Part shown: positions 24,388-34,219 of the stretch, in pieces
How positions within the stretch are numbered: the stretch's first letter is position 1
How the letters are laid out: each line of letters begins with the position of its first letter
NCBI RefSeq assembly: GCF_001194135.2
Contig: NC_068993.1
Location: 62,982,771-63,029,041 of the forward strand
Reading direction: 5' to 3'
Source of the DNA: Octopus bimaculoides
Lineage: Eukaryota
Length of the DNA stretch: 46,271 nucleotides
Position numbers and translations under genes: made by a program
Notes under the pieces: generated by a model
Databases searched by the model: none
Told to the model about the DNA's origin: nothing
Seen by the model: the letters and a program-made list of their open reading frames with translations, nothing else

Positions 24388-24586
24388 CGAACTTCACATG
24401 TCCAAAGTGTACGAATTTATTGAGTATCACAGTTAAGATTAATCCGAGAACTCGCGAGTTGTAATAGGTAATATATATCGTCCACACCATCACTGCACAT
24501 AAAGCAATTAATAACCAGTAAAGCGAAGACTGGGGTAGTTCTTCTTCGATTCGATCGAAGAGAGACGTATTCGCACTAGACATCAT
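24388..24586 (-). CDS. BLTP1: First coding exon of bridge-like lipid transfer protein 1 (KIAA1109/tweek/lpd-3 family), N-terminal membrane anchor
   Basis: Translates MMSSANTSLFDRIEEELPQSSLYWLLIALCAVMVWTIYITYYNSRVLGLILTVILNKFVHFGHVKF-G. This matches the BLTP1 N-terminal signature as I recall it from human (WLLVATILSCGWIIYLTYYNSRNVGLILTLVLNRLYKHGYIHIG). Ends at a canonical phase-1 donor G|GTAAGT (intron starts at 24387). An in-frame stop lies just upstream of the ATG. Confidence 0.93.
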
Positions 24587-25149
24587 GTTTGATCACATAA
24601 AAAGGTGACACAAGATAATGAAGAGATGTTGTGTTTACTGTCTTCTTCTTCCTTCAGCTTAACAAATATAGAAGGAATTCCGTAATTAAATCTCAAAGAA
24701 ATCCAAATTTCATTACTTCGAACACAATTTTTTTGTTTTTGTTGCTATATTTTGAAAGTGTTTATTTACTTGTAGATGTAATAGAATTCGTAAAATTACT
24801 AGGGTAACTTATTTTTCAAATATATATATGTATGTATGTATATGTATGTGTGTGTTATTTATTGTTAGGTAAAGTAGCAAATCAAAAATAAAAGACAACA
24901 CAAAGAATTTTAAATAGTTATTAAATACAGGGACACAGGTTAGAAAAGAAATAACATTAAAATACTCTAGTAGCAAGCAAACAAGAACACACAAACAAGG
25001 TACATAAACCTAATGGTATATAATAATAATAATATGTATGTATATTTCATGTATGTATATTTCATGTATAACTGTGTGGTTGTATATTAATATATATTGA
25101 AGGTGGTATAGGTTTTTTTTCTTTTTTTCCTTTTACGTTTCTTAGTCCA

Positions 25150-25760
25150 GTGACAGCAGCAGTTGAAATTGTAATAATAATCGTGGTCGTAGAAGAGAAT
25201 AATTGACGGCAATCGGACATAAACATCTGCCATGCCCGCCGCTCCAGAAACAGATCTCCAGGTGAAATAGATCGTTCATGCTAATATAATATAACCAATT
25301 AAGATGTCACAAAACGATTTATCTTTCCCCTTGTGGAAGAAATGGTGAAGCTCAAAGCTTCCACTTTCAATCGTTTGGTATTGCATGAGTCATATCTACC
25401 TAAATTGCCGAATAAATTTGGAGACGGACGGAACAGAGTCTTCTCGTCGCTCGCTGCTGTCTGCTGCTGCTGCCATTTTTTTACGTTTACCTCCCGTTAT
25501 CTGTCCGCCGACCTGGCCGACACGCGACGATATTGATTCGTAGAAATTTCAAATTGCAACAAATTGCTTCGAAATGAATTTAGAAATTTATAATTTATAT
25601 ATTCGACGAATGTCAAGTCGAAAATATTGGGTTTTGAATGATATGAGAAAAAAAATAAATAATCCGTTTGATGAAACCAGACTATTGTTTCTCCACTTCC
25701 GGTAATTTGTAAACGAACGTGACCGGGGTTTGTGAGGTATTTATTTATAGTTGGCCTAGC
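25150..25760. promoter_or_regulatory. Probable BLTP1 promoter / 5' UTR region, possibly bidirectional
   Basis: Locally CpG-richer, repeat-free sequence about 0.6-1.1 kb upstream of the ATG. YY1-like GCTGCCATTTT at 25469-25479 and ETS-like CCACTTCCGGT at about 25693-25703. Candidate minus-strand donor AG|GTAGAT at 25400/25399. Confidence 0.5.
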
Positions 25761-25796
25761 AGACACATTTTTACATATATGTGTATGCATGTATGC

Positions 25797-25827
<31 letters not shown>

Positions 25828-26924
25828 TGTTAGGAATATCCCATTTTATTTCTCTTAATATCTCATGTTTTTGTCTTTGCATTGAATAATAAATGCATGC
25901 ACATTTATATTTATGTACTTACGTATGTATGTATGGATGTATGGATAGATGTGTGTATGTGTGTGTATCTATATTTATCTTGAAGATGTATATGTGTGTA
26001 TCTATATATCAATATGTATCTTACAAGTATAATATAGGTGTAAATATACATACATATGTGTGTATGTATGTGCGTATGTATGTATACATGCGTCTATGTA
26101 TGTATGTCTACNNNNNNNNNNNNNNNNNNNNNNNNNNNNNNNNNNNNNNNNNNNNNNNNNNNNNNNNNNNNNNNNNNNNNNNNNNNNNNNNNNNNNNNNN
26201 NNNNNNNNNNNNNNNNNNNNNNNNNNNNNNNNNNNNNNNNNNNNNNNNNNNNNNNNNNNNNNNNNNNNNNNNNNNNNNNNNNNNNNNNNNNNNNNNNNNN
26301 NNNNNNNNNNNNNNNNNNNNNNNNNNNNNNNNNNNNNNNNNNNNNNNNNNNNNNNNNNNNNNNNNNNNNNNNNNNNNNNNNNNNNNNNNNNNNNNNNNNN
26401 NNNNNNNNNNNNNNNNNNNNNNNNNNNNNNNNNNNNNNNNNNNNNNNNNNNNNNNNNNNNNNNNNNNNNNNNNNNNNNNNNNNNNNNNNNNNNNNNNNNN
26501 NNNNNNNNNNNNNNNNNNNNNNNNNNNNNNNNNNNNNNNNNNNNNNNNNNNNNNNNNNNNNNNNNNNNNNNNNNNNNNNNNNNNNNNNNNNNNNNNNNNN
26601 NNNNNNNNNNNNNNNNNNNNNNNNNNNNNNNNNNNNNNNNNNNNNNNNNNNNNNNNNNNNNNNNNNNNNNNNNNNNNNNNNNNNNNNNNNNNNNNNNNNN
26701 NNNNNNNNNNNNNNNNNNNNNNNNNNNNNNNNNNNNNNNNNNNNNNNNNNNNNNNNNNNNNNNNNNNNNNNNNNNNNNNNNNNNNNNNNNNNNNNNNNNN
26801 NNNNNNNNNNNNNNNNNNNNNNNNNNNNNNNNNNNNNNNNNNNNNNNNNNNNNNNNNNNNNNNNNNNNNNNNNNNNNNNNNNNNNNNNNNNNNNNNNNNN
26901 NNNNNNNNNNNNNNNNNNNNNNNN

Positions 26925-27024
26925 TCAAGTGCTTTGTACTATAGCCCTGGGCCGACCGAAGCCATATGAGTGGATTTGGTAGCGAAAACTGAAAGAAAGT
27001 CGCGGCACGTGCGTGCGTGCGTGC

Positions 27025-27059
<35 letters not shown>

Positions 27060-27190
27060 GTTTGTCCTCCCCTCCCCACCACCACCTGACAACTGCTGGT
27101 AGTGCGTTTGTGCCCCCGTAACTTAACGGTTCGGCATAGAGGCCGATAGAATAAGAACCTCACGTTGAAAAATAAGGACTGGGGGTCTTT
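26925..27190 (+). mobile_element. SINE family A body with internal (GT)n
   Basis: caagtgctttgtactatagccctgggccgacc...ggaaactgaaagaa-like...cccgtaacttaacggttcggc. Confidence 0.8.
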
Positions 27191-27194
27191 ATTA

Positions 27195-27530
27195 TCCTTT
27201 ATCATTATTTGTTCCAATCATTGAACTGCGGCCATGCTGGGGCACTCTTTTCAAGAGTTTAACCGAACAAATCGACCCCAATTGTTATTTTTAAAATTCG
27301 GTACTCACTCTGTCGAAACTTTTGCTGAACCGTTAAGTTACAGGGCTGTAAACAAATCAACACCGGCTGTCAAGCTGCAACAGGCTTCTTTTAGTTTCCG
27401 CTATTAAATCCAATCACAAGACTTTGGTTGGTCCAGGGCTATAGTAGAAGACACTTTCCCCAAAGTGTCACACAGAGGGACTGAACTAGGAAACATGTGA
27501 TTGGAAAGCCAACTTCTTACTACACAGCCA
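27195..27530 (-). mobile_element. SINE family A, inverted and tail-to-tail with the previous copy
   Basis: gcggccatgctggggcac, gaaccgttaagttacaggg, gctatagtagaagacactt, ggactgaactaggaaacatgtgattggaaag are reverse complements of family A blocks. Confidence 0.8.
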
Positions 27531-27764
27531 TCGTTCGAATATTGTATATAATCGATTGCAACGTAGAAGAAAACATGTTAACCACAAACATTGTTAAGTT
27601 CACTTTAAACATGTTTTATTGGTTACTGTTAGGCATGAGAACATTCGTTAGTTGCCCGGGGTTTGACGGGTCTGCGAGGCCAATTCTAATCTATGTATGC
27701 TGAGATTTTGTGCCTATAAATAAACACTTATAGGGCTCGCTGCATTGATTTCTAAAGGGTCTTT

Positions 27765-28010
27765 AAAGCTGTTAAGACCGTCCAGATCAGACCACGTTAC
27801 GCCGTAAGGAACATAGCCCCGGTTTCCTGGTTTCTCTGGACGGGACGTCTGTCCGTCGCAGGATTACTTATTTTTCCCAACTAAGCGGAGTGGAGCAACG
27901 TGAAATGAAATGTTTTTTCTCAAGAACACGCGTCGCCGGTGCGGGAATCGAAATCACAATCTTACAATCATGAGTCCAACACCCTAACCACTAAGCCCAC
28001 TCTCCACTAC
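27765..28010 (-). mobile_element. tRNA-derived SINE family D
   Basis: Reverse complement head gcttagtggttagggtgttggactcatgattgtaagattgtgatttcgattccc; homologous to 35205-35545. Confidence 0.75.
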
Positions 28011-28275
28011 TTATTATCAAATCTGGTATTTCTTTTATCGGTGTCTTTTGCTGAACCGCTAAGTTATGAAGTTATGGTTATCAAGTGATGGTGCCATACA
28101 CACACACACATATAATCAACGGGCTTCCACACGGTTTCTGTTTACCAAATTCACTCACAAGGCATTGATCGGCTCAAGTTTGTAGCTGAACACACTTGCC
28201 CAAGGTGCCGCGCTGTAGGATTGAACTCGAAACCGCGTGGTTGCCCAGTGAGCTTTTTAGCCGCACAGTCATGTT
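28010..28275 (-). mobile_element. SINE family A, degenerate
   Basis: gaaccgctaagtta; gggcttccac...ttaccaaattcactcacaaggc; acttgcccaaggtgcc; ggattgaactcgaaacc. Confidence 0.75.
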
Positions 28276-28454
28276 TTATTTTACTTTATTTATTTTTATT
28301 GCATGAAACGTTCGTTTGGTTACTACCTGCCTAAATTCTCTAAATTCATGTCCCTGGCCCTCATGAGTTATTTCCCTTAGCTGAGACTTTAAGCTAAACT
28401 AATTTCTACAAACAATACTGCCTAAAAATTTTCGTAATTCTTTTTACTGTTTGT

Positions 28455-28684
28455 AAAAGCAGGACCCTGACCGTCTGCTGTCAATTTGTACCGGTTGCCG
28501 TTGAGACCTCAGGTAACCTCGGACCCCGCATTTCTGATTTCCTCCGCAAAATCGGGATAGTTGCGGCCGGTCTGAGATTTATCATCTTACAGAGCCTTGC
28601 GAGTTCGGGTGGTTGTTCTAGCAACTGTTGCTGGCCATTCTCCGCAGCAACACCTTTGCAATTATGTCCGCAAGGCGCAGCTGA
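28455..28684 (+). mobile_element. 3' end of a CRE-clade (restriction-like endonuclease) non-LTR retrotransposon, decayed
   Basis: QFVPVAVETSGNLGPRISDFLRKIG, then after a frameshift EPCEFGWLF*QLLLAILRSNTFAIMSARRS*. This matches the RLE C-terminal pattern F-x-P-x-A-x-E-T-x-G...L-x-Q-R-L-S-x-A-x-x-R-G-N-A. Confidence 0.75.
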
Positions 28685-28903
28685 CTGAACACGCTATTTA
28701 GCCAACAATCCGTTACTCCCCACCACCACCATCGTCTTTAGTTGCTTAAACCCCACCCTACCCTTTATTTCGCTTTGTTTCCTTGGTAAAATAGTTAGGG
28801 CGAAGGTTCTTGATAACTTTCATACTTTTAATATTTTTCCTTTTTTTTCTCCTGTAAAAATATGCAAAAATCTCTCTCCACTGATCAAAACAGACTAAAA
28901 AAG

Positions 28904-28956
28904 ACTACGCTTCGCTGATGTGGTCAAATAAAACCGAAACATGTCTGTAGCTGTCA
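28904..28956 (+). ncRNA. Best-preserved copy of the dispersed minimal type I HHR family
   Basis: actacgcttcg-CTGATGT-GGT caaataaa ACC-GAAA-CATGTC-tgtagctgtcac. Palindromic stem III ACATGT, GUC triplet (cut after 28945), and A9 replaced by U. Confidence 0.6.
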
Positions 28957-29200
28957 CCTTACCTGTGTAATTATTTCTTGATTTTTTAAAACCATCTCCC
29001 TTCTCTGATATTACCATTAGGTTTTTGTGTTCTTCCTCCACATTTCAGTGCATTGGAATTTTCGTGTATGTCATTCAGTACATCATCTCCCATCCGAAGT
29101 ATACGATATATAAGTATGTGCATGTGTGTACTTATTCGTTGGTTATTCCTGATTTTCCAGTATTCCGTTTCTTCGAGATAAAATGCATACACTGTTTCAG

Positions 29201-29473
29201 AGTCACTTTTGGACTAAGACCTCATTAAATACTTAATGAGGTCTTAGGCCAACAGTGACTTGGGGGTCTGACGATACGCCATAAATTAAACCCTTTATGG
29301 ATGGGGAAACCCAGGGTAACCCCATAAACTGGCCTTCGTGCTTTCGTCCTGGTCATGAATAGTCTCCATGAGCGGGACGAAAGCGCTAACAAAGAATAAA
29401 CCAAAATTCTGTCTACCTCCAGGAATGGTGTATAATGAATCCATAGACCACCGGACCGTGGATCAGTGCCGGT
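29201..29473 (+). mobile_element. Structured ~270-bp module: 60-nt hairpin + type I HHR + 49-nt hairpin + AATAAA + terminus abutting (TA)n
   Basis: Hairpin 29201-29260 has 28 of 30 positions paired. HHR ggggt-CTGACGA-stemII-GAAA-CCCAGGGTA-acccc spans 29263-29323. Hairpin 29338-29386 has 19 of 20 pairs. AATAAA is at 29395. Confidence 0.6.
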
Positions 29474-29710
29474 ATATATATATATATATATATANNNNNN
29501 NNNNNNNNNNNNNNNNNNNNNNNNNNNNNNNNNNNNNNNNNNNNNNNNNNNNNNNNNNNNNNNNNNNNNNNNNNNNNNNNNNNNNNNNNNNNNNNNNNNN
29601 NNNNNNNNNNNNNNNNNNNNNNNNNNNNNNNNNNNNNNNNNNNNNNNNNNNNNNNNNNNNNNNNNNNNNNNNNNNNTATATATACACTGGCAATGATCTG
29701 CGGTCCGGTG

Positions 29711-30050
29711 TAGGAGTGACTGTGTGGTAAGTAGCTTGCTTACCAACCACATGGTTCCGGGTTCAGTCCTACTGCGTAGCACCATGGGCAAGTGTCTTCT
29801 ACTATAGCCTCGGGCCGACTAAAGCCGTGTAAGTGGATTTGGTAGACGGAAACTGAAAGAATCCCGTCGTATATATATGTGTGTGTGTGTTTATCCCCAC
29901 CCCATCATCGCTTGACAACCGATGTTGGTATGTTTACGTCCCCGTAACTTAGCGGTTCGGCAAAAGAGGCCGATAGAATAAGTGCTACGCTTACCAAGAA
30001 TAAGTCCTGGGGTCGACTTGTTCGACTAAAAAGGCGATGCTCCAGCATTT
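29711..30050 (+). mobile_element. Near full-length SINE family A flanked by a 22-bp imperfect direct repeat
   Basis: A-box-like tgactgtgtgg, B-box-like ggttcagtcc, and catgggcaagtgtctt. Flanks are GGCAATGATCTGCGGTCCGGTG (29689-29710) and GGCAGTGATCTGCGGTCCGATG (30057-30078). Confidence 0.9.
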
Positions 30051-30469
30051 AGGATCGGCAGTGATCTGCGGTCCGATGGACGGAGATCCTTGCTTTAGGG
30101 AGCTGAAGTATTTTGTGAACCCTTAAGAGAGAGGATAAACTTTCGAACGTGGTTTTATTTTGCAATTTATGAATGTGAGCCCATCAGAAGATATCATCTG
30201 TGCTTATGGGGAAAGGTGTAGGTGGGGGTGGGGATCTAACCCTTGTAGCGACTCAGGATTTCAATTTAAGGATATGTAGGACTGTATGGCGCTATACATG
30301 TGCAGTACGACTACATATATAGGGGTCGATGTAAAATATTATATCCTTGGAATAGCCTGCAAGCATGGCTACAGTTTAAATGAAACTAGTTAAATAATAT
30401 AGGGTTAATTATTGTGAGACAAAACCTTAATATGGCGTCCGAGGACTGAGGTTATATAATGAAGTATAT

Positions 30470-30655
30470 ATATGGCTCAAGGCCAGCAATTTTGAAACGA
30501 TAAAGACCATCGATTATTTCGACCCCAGTATTTAACTGGTACTTATTTCATTGAACCTGAAAGGATAAGATTGACCTCAGTGGGATTTGAACTCAGAAAG
30601 TGAAGAAGCAGAAAGAATGCATTTTGTCCGATTCCCTAACGATTCTGTCAGATGA
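30470..30655 (-). mobile_element. SINE family B
   Basis: caaggccagcaattt, ttcgaccccagta, ctggtacttattt, ggatttgaactcagaa. Confidence 0.75.
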
Positions 30656-30946
30656 TGATATCGGCTACAGAATACGGTTACGGCAAATGAATGCGAAAAC
30701 TGCTTCGAAATTACGAAAACGAAAATTCAATGAAACACAGGATAAAAATTTCTAGAAAATATATATATATAGGAAGAAAAACATTGTATGAAAATCATAT
30801 TTAGATTCATCTAAAGGTTAAGAGAAAAGATAGATACATACATACATACATACATACATACATACATACATACATACATACATACATACATACATCCGCT
30901 TGTTTATATATATTCTCATATTTAATCATTAGACTCATCTAAAGGT

Positions 30947-30979
<33 letters not shown>

Positions 30980-31214
30980 TCATGAATGGCTTAAACACAT
31001 TTCCGGCATCTGAAATAGAAGTTGGATGTCTGTGCCACGGATATAGCTATGTCGGAACATGCGGTTTCCAAGAAACATCGCTAACGAACTGTCAACGTGT
31101 GTACAAAAGAGATATATTTGATTTGGAGAATATTCTAGAAGCGAAAGAAAAACAATGTGGCTTGAAAAGACGAAAGAAAAATAATGATATTAACGGAGAG
31201 TTTGGTATTTATAG

Positions 31215-31410
31215 AGGGTGATGTGTTGTCAGAATTGGTAGATTTTACGACCTAAATGTTTTGAGCGATTTTATTGCATCCTTGTAAATTCCGAGTTCAA
31301 ACTTTGCCGAAGTCGACTTCGCTTTTCACTGTTTCAAGTTTTATACGATGAGTTCAAGTAATATAGATTTCAAATTTTGGCACAAGGCCAGCAATTTCGG
31401 GGCAGGGATA
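31215..31410 (+). mobile_element. SINE family B
   Basis: ccgagttcaaactttgccgaagtcgacttcgcttttca. Confidence 0.7.
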
Positions 31411-32882
31411 AATCGATTGCGTGTGAAAGCAACAATGACCACATTAATATTTATATAAGTTTTCATATTTTTTTATTACTCGAAACATTTGCATTGACAT
31501 ATGTACAATTATTTGAATAAAAGAAAACAGACATGAGATAATGAATGTGATAGTTAAAAGTCTTCATTGCATAAAATATTGTTTGTATGAAAATTGTTCT
31601 TGGTTATTTAAGACAGAATAAGTAGAAAAAGTGAGAACACCATATTGCAAAACTACCGAAAGAGATTTGGGCAACACCTGAAGTTGTTCGTTCTGGGAGT
31701 TCAATATCCCATCTTTTATAACATTTAGTTAAAACTCTAGAACCTTCGGCAGAACCATTTGGTGGGAAAATTCACAAAATTTACTTTCAAGTCTATTGTT
31801 TGTTTGGTTACGCCCCGGCCAGTCTGACTGGTCGAACCATGTTCATGTAGACGTTACTGCACTTATGACGACACAGTAAATTTCTTTTGTGGGTGACCTT
31901 TTCGGGGTACTTTAGTTGCGCTGTGGTTCTAACCTGGGGATCTGAGAGAAAATTAAGGAAGCCTATTTCTAAGACCCAGCAGAGTAAATATCAACACCGA
32001 ATTACAAAAAACACAATTTCCTATCATAAGCGGCAGGTATAGTTGTGTTTGTATGTAACAGAGAGTTGCCTAATATACGTATCAATGAAAACAGCCCTCC
32101 GTAGTCAATGAATTTTGTGTTATGATGATTATATTAATTCAAATAAGAAAAGCAAGAATTGATTTGGAGAGCTGTATTAATATTATGAATGTTATTGCTG
32201 TGAAATCGGTAATAATACTCTGTTATTATCGTCAATAATACATTCATGATAATGTGACACAATTCATTCATACGGCGTGATAATGGTACGTGAACGAAAA
32301 CTACCTTTCATAGTCAGGAAATCAGCAAAAGTCATCTGTATTAAATTTATGATAATTGTAAAGGAAGTTAATGTTTATCATCTATCAAGCCAATTCTTGT
32401 TTTGAAAATGTGCCATCATAAATCAAGTTTAAAGAAAAAGAAAGGAAATTATTCAGCGAGATCAAAATTCATCCGAAGATCAACAATCTTCAAGAAATCT
32501 CTCTTTATTATTTTTTTTTTTCTCTGACCAAATGATTCCATGTAGATTACTAATGTTGAAATTACAATCCAGATTTCTACAATAGCAGAAGTCTTCACTC
32601 AACAAACGGCGGCGTTTTCTCTGTTGTCTAATGAAGTAACTTTCTTTACAAATGGCATTCTGCTCTTTCTGTTATTCAAACAGTAAACAATATATCGAAG
32701 AGATTCACTGAAAAGTTATTAGAACACGAATGTAGTGCTCACCAAAAGCTTTGTTATGCCAATAATTACCATTAATTGTATTTACCGAAAGCTTAGTACA
32801 TTCTACGAAGCCATACTCGTGCGGAACGATGGCTTGCTCTGCACGTTAACGTATGCGCGCGCGCACTTACACGCACGCGCGC

Positions 32883-32924
<42 letters not shown>

Positions 32925-33049
32925 GCACATACATAAGCATATTTTTATCTATATGTGTGTGTGTGTGTGCGCGCGCATGATTGTGTGTGCGTGTTTACGT
33001 ATGTATGTATGTCTGGATGGATGGATGGATTGCTTAAAGTGATGCAGAC

Positions 33050-33100
33050 ACCTCTGATGAGACCCCAATAAGGTTCGAAAACTGATTATGGCTGTTCATC
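33050..33100 (+). ncRNA. Degenerate HHR-like motif, possibly the same family
   Basis: CTGATGA-gacc ccaata aggttc-GAAA...ggctgttca. Core boxes are intact, but stems I and III are poorly supported. Confidence 0.35.
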
Positions 33101-33198
33101 ATTTTCTTTTCAATCTCCGGAGAAATAATTAAATTTGACCGGCTCTTATAACAATTACTTGGATTACATGCAGACACACACACACACACACGTGTGTA

Positions 33199-33236
<38 letters not shown>

Positions 33237-33453
33237 ACAAGAAATAATATTTGTCTCTATTAGAAGCAAAAGGGTTTATAGGACTTTATAAGAAATGCTC
33301 AAATATAAATGAGACGAAGATAAAGAAGCATTGGTTATAGAACAAACATTAAATTTGGGGTTTTACTCAGGCTTTCAACTATATATATGTACACACACAT
33401 ACACACACATGTGTGTACACACACACACACTATATATATAAATGTACATGTAT

Positions 33454-33490
<37 letters not shown>

Positions 33491-33749
33491 GAAAGAAATT
33501 TACATCGACCATAAAAATACAGTAATTTAATAAGGAGTGAATGCATAGTTTTTTTAACTCGACAGCTGTTTCTGGAAGCTTGGAATATCCTAATAATTGT
33601 AATGCTCGTAATTAGCAGATGGAATTGGGCCAAAAAAACACTCTTTACCCGGGACCTAGTCCTTGATAAAGATCTCGGAGTTTAAGCTCGAACCTTTTGA
33701 GCAATACATTGTGTTTTCTATACTGAGCATCTCTAGCTCTCTCCTTCTA

Positions 33750-33800
33750 CATTGTACTGTCCCCTCTGTGTTCGACCCTGCGTGGCTAATAAAGAAATCT
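33750..33800 (+). mobile_element. 3' terminus of an unclassified LINE-like repeat (second copy at 38988-39047, minus strand)
   Basis: cattgtactgtcccctctgtgttcgaccctgcgtggctaataaagaa is closely matched by the reverse complement of 38988-39047, which is followed by a (TATC)n tail. Confidence 0.6.
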
Positions 33801-34219
33801 ATGTTACATGTTTTGCTTGAAATATATTCCCTTTGCTCTTCTATGTATCTGGAATTTAAACCTATTGATTTGAACTTATATCACTTCCTCGTCTCGCCCT
33901 TATTTGCTGGTGACTCATTGCATTTTCGAATTACGTTCATTTTCTTACGAACTTTACCCTGTGCAGCTATTCATATTTTGGTCACACAATATATAATGTG
34001 TGTATGTATGTACGTGAGTGTGTAAGTGTGTGAGTGTGTAAGTGTGTGTGCGTGTGTAGGTTAGCATGCACTTTAGTGTCGTAAAAAATGAAAGTAGTTG
34101 TGATAGAAATCGGAAGCGACGACAGTAAAATCCCATTACTCAATGTATTTATGTAACGCAAAAACGATATATAAAGAAACGTACATATATCTTTTTCACA
34201 ACCTCTTAACCTATTTCTG

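Noticed and set aside
25232-25261. Plus-strand ATG exon MPAAPETDLQ|GTGAAA
   Set aside because: Too short to assess, weak donor, and it lies on the BLTP1 side of the putative promoter
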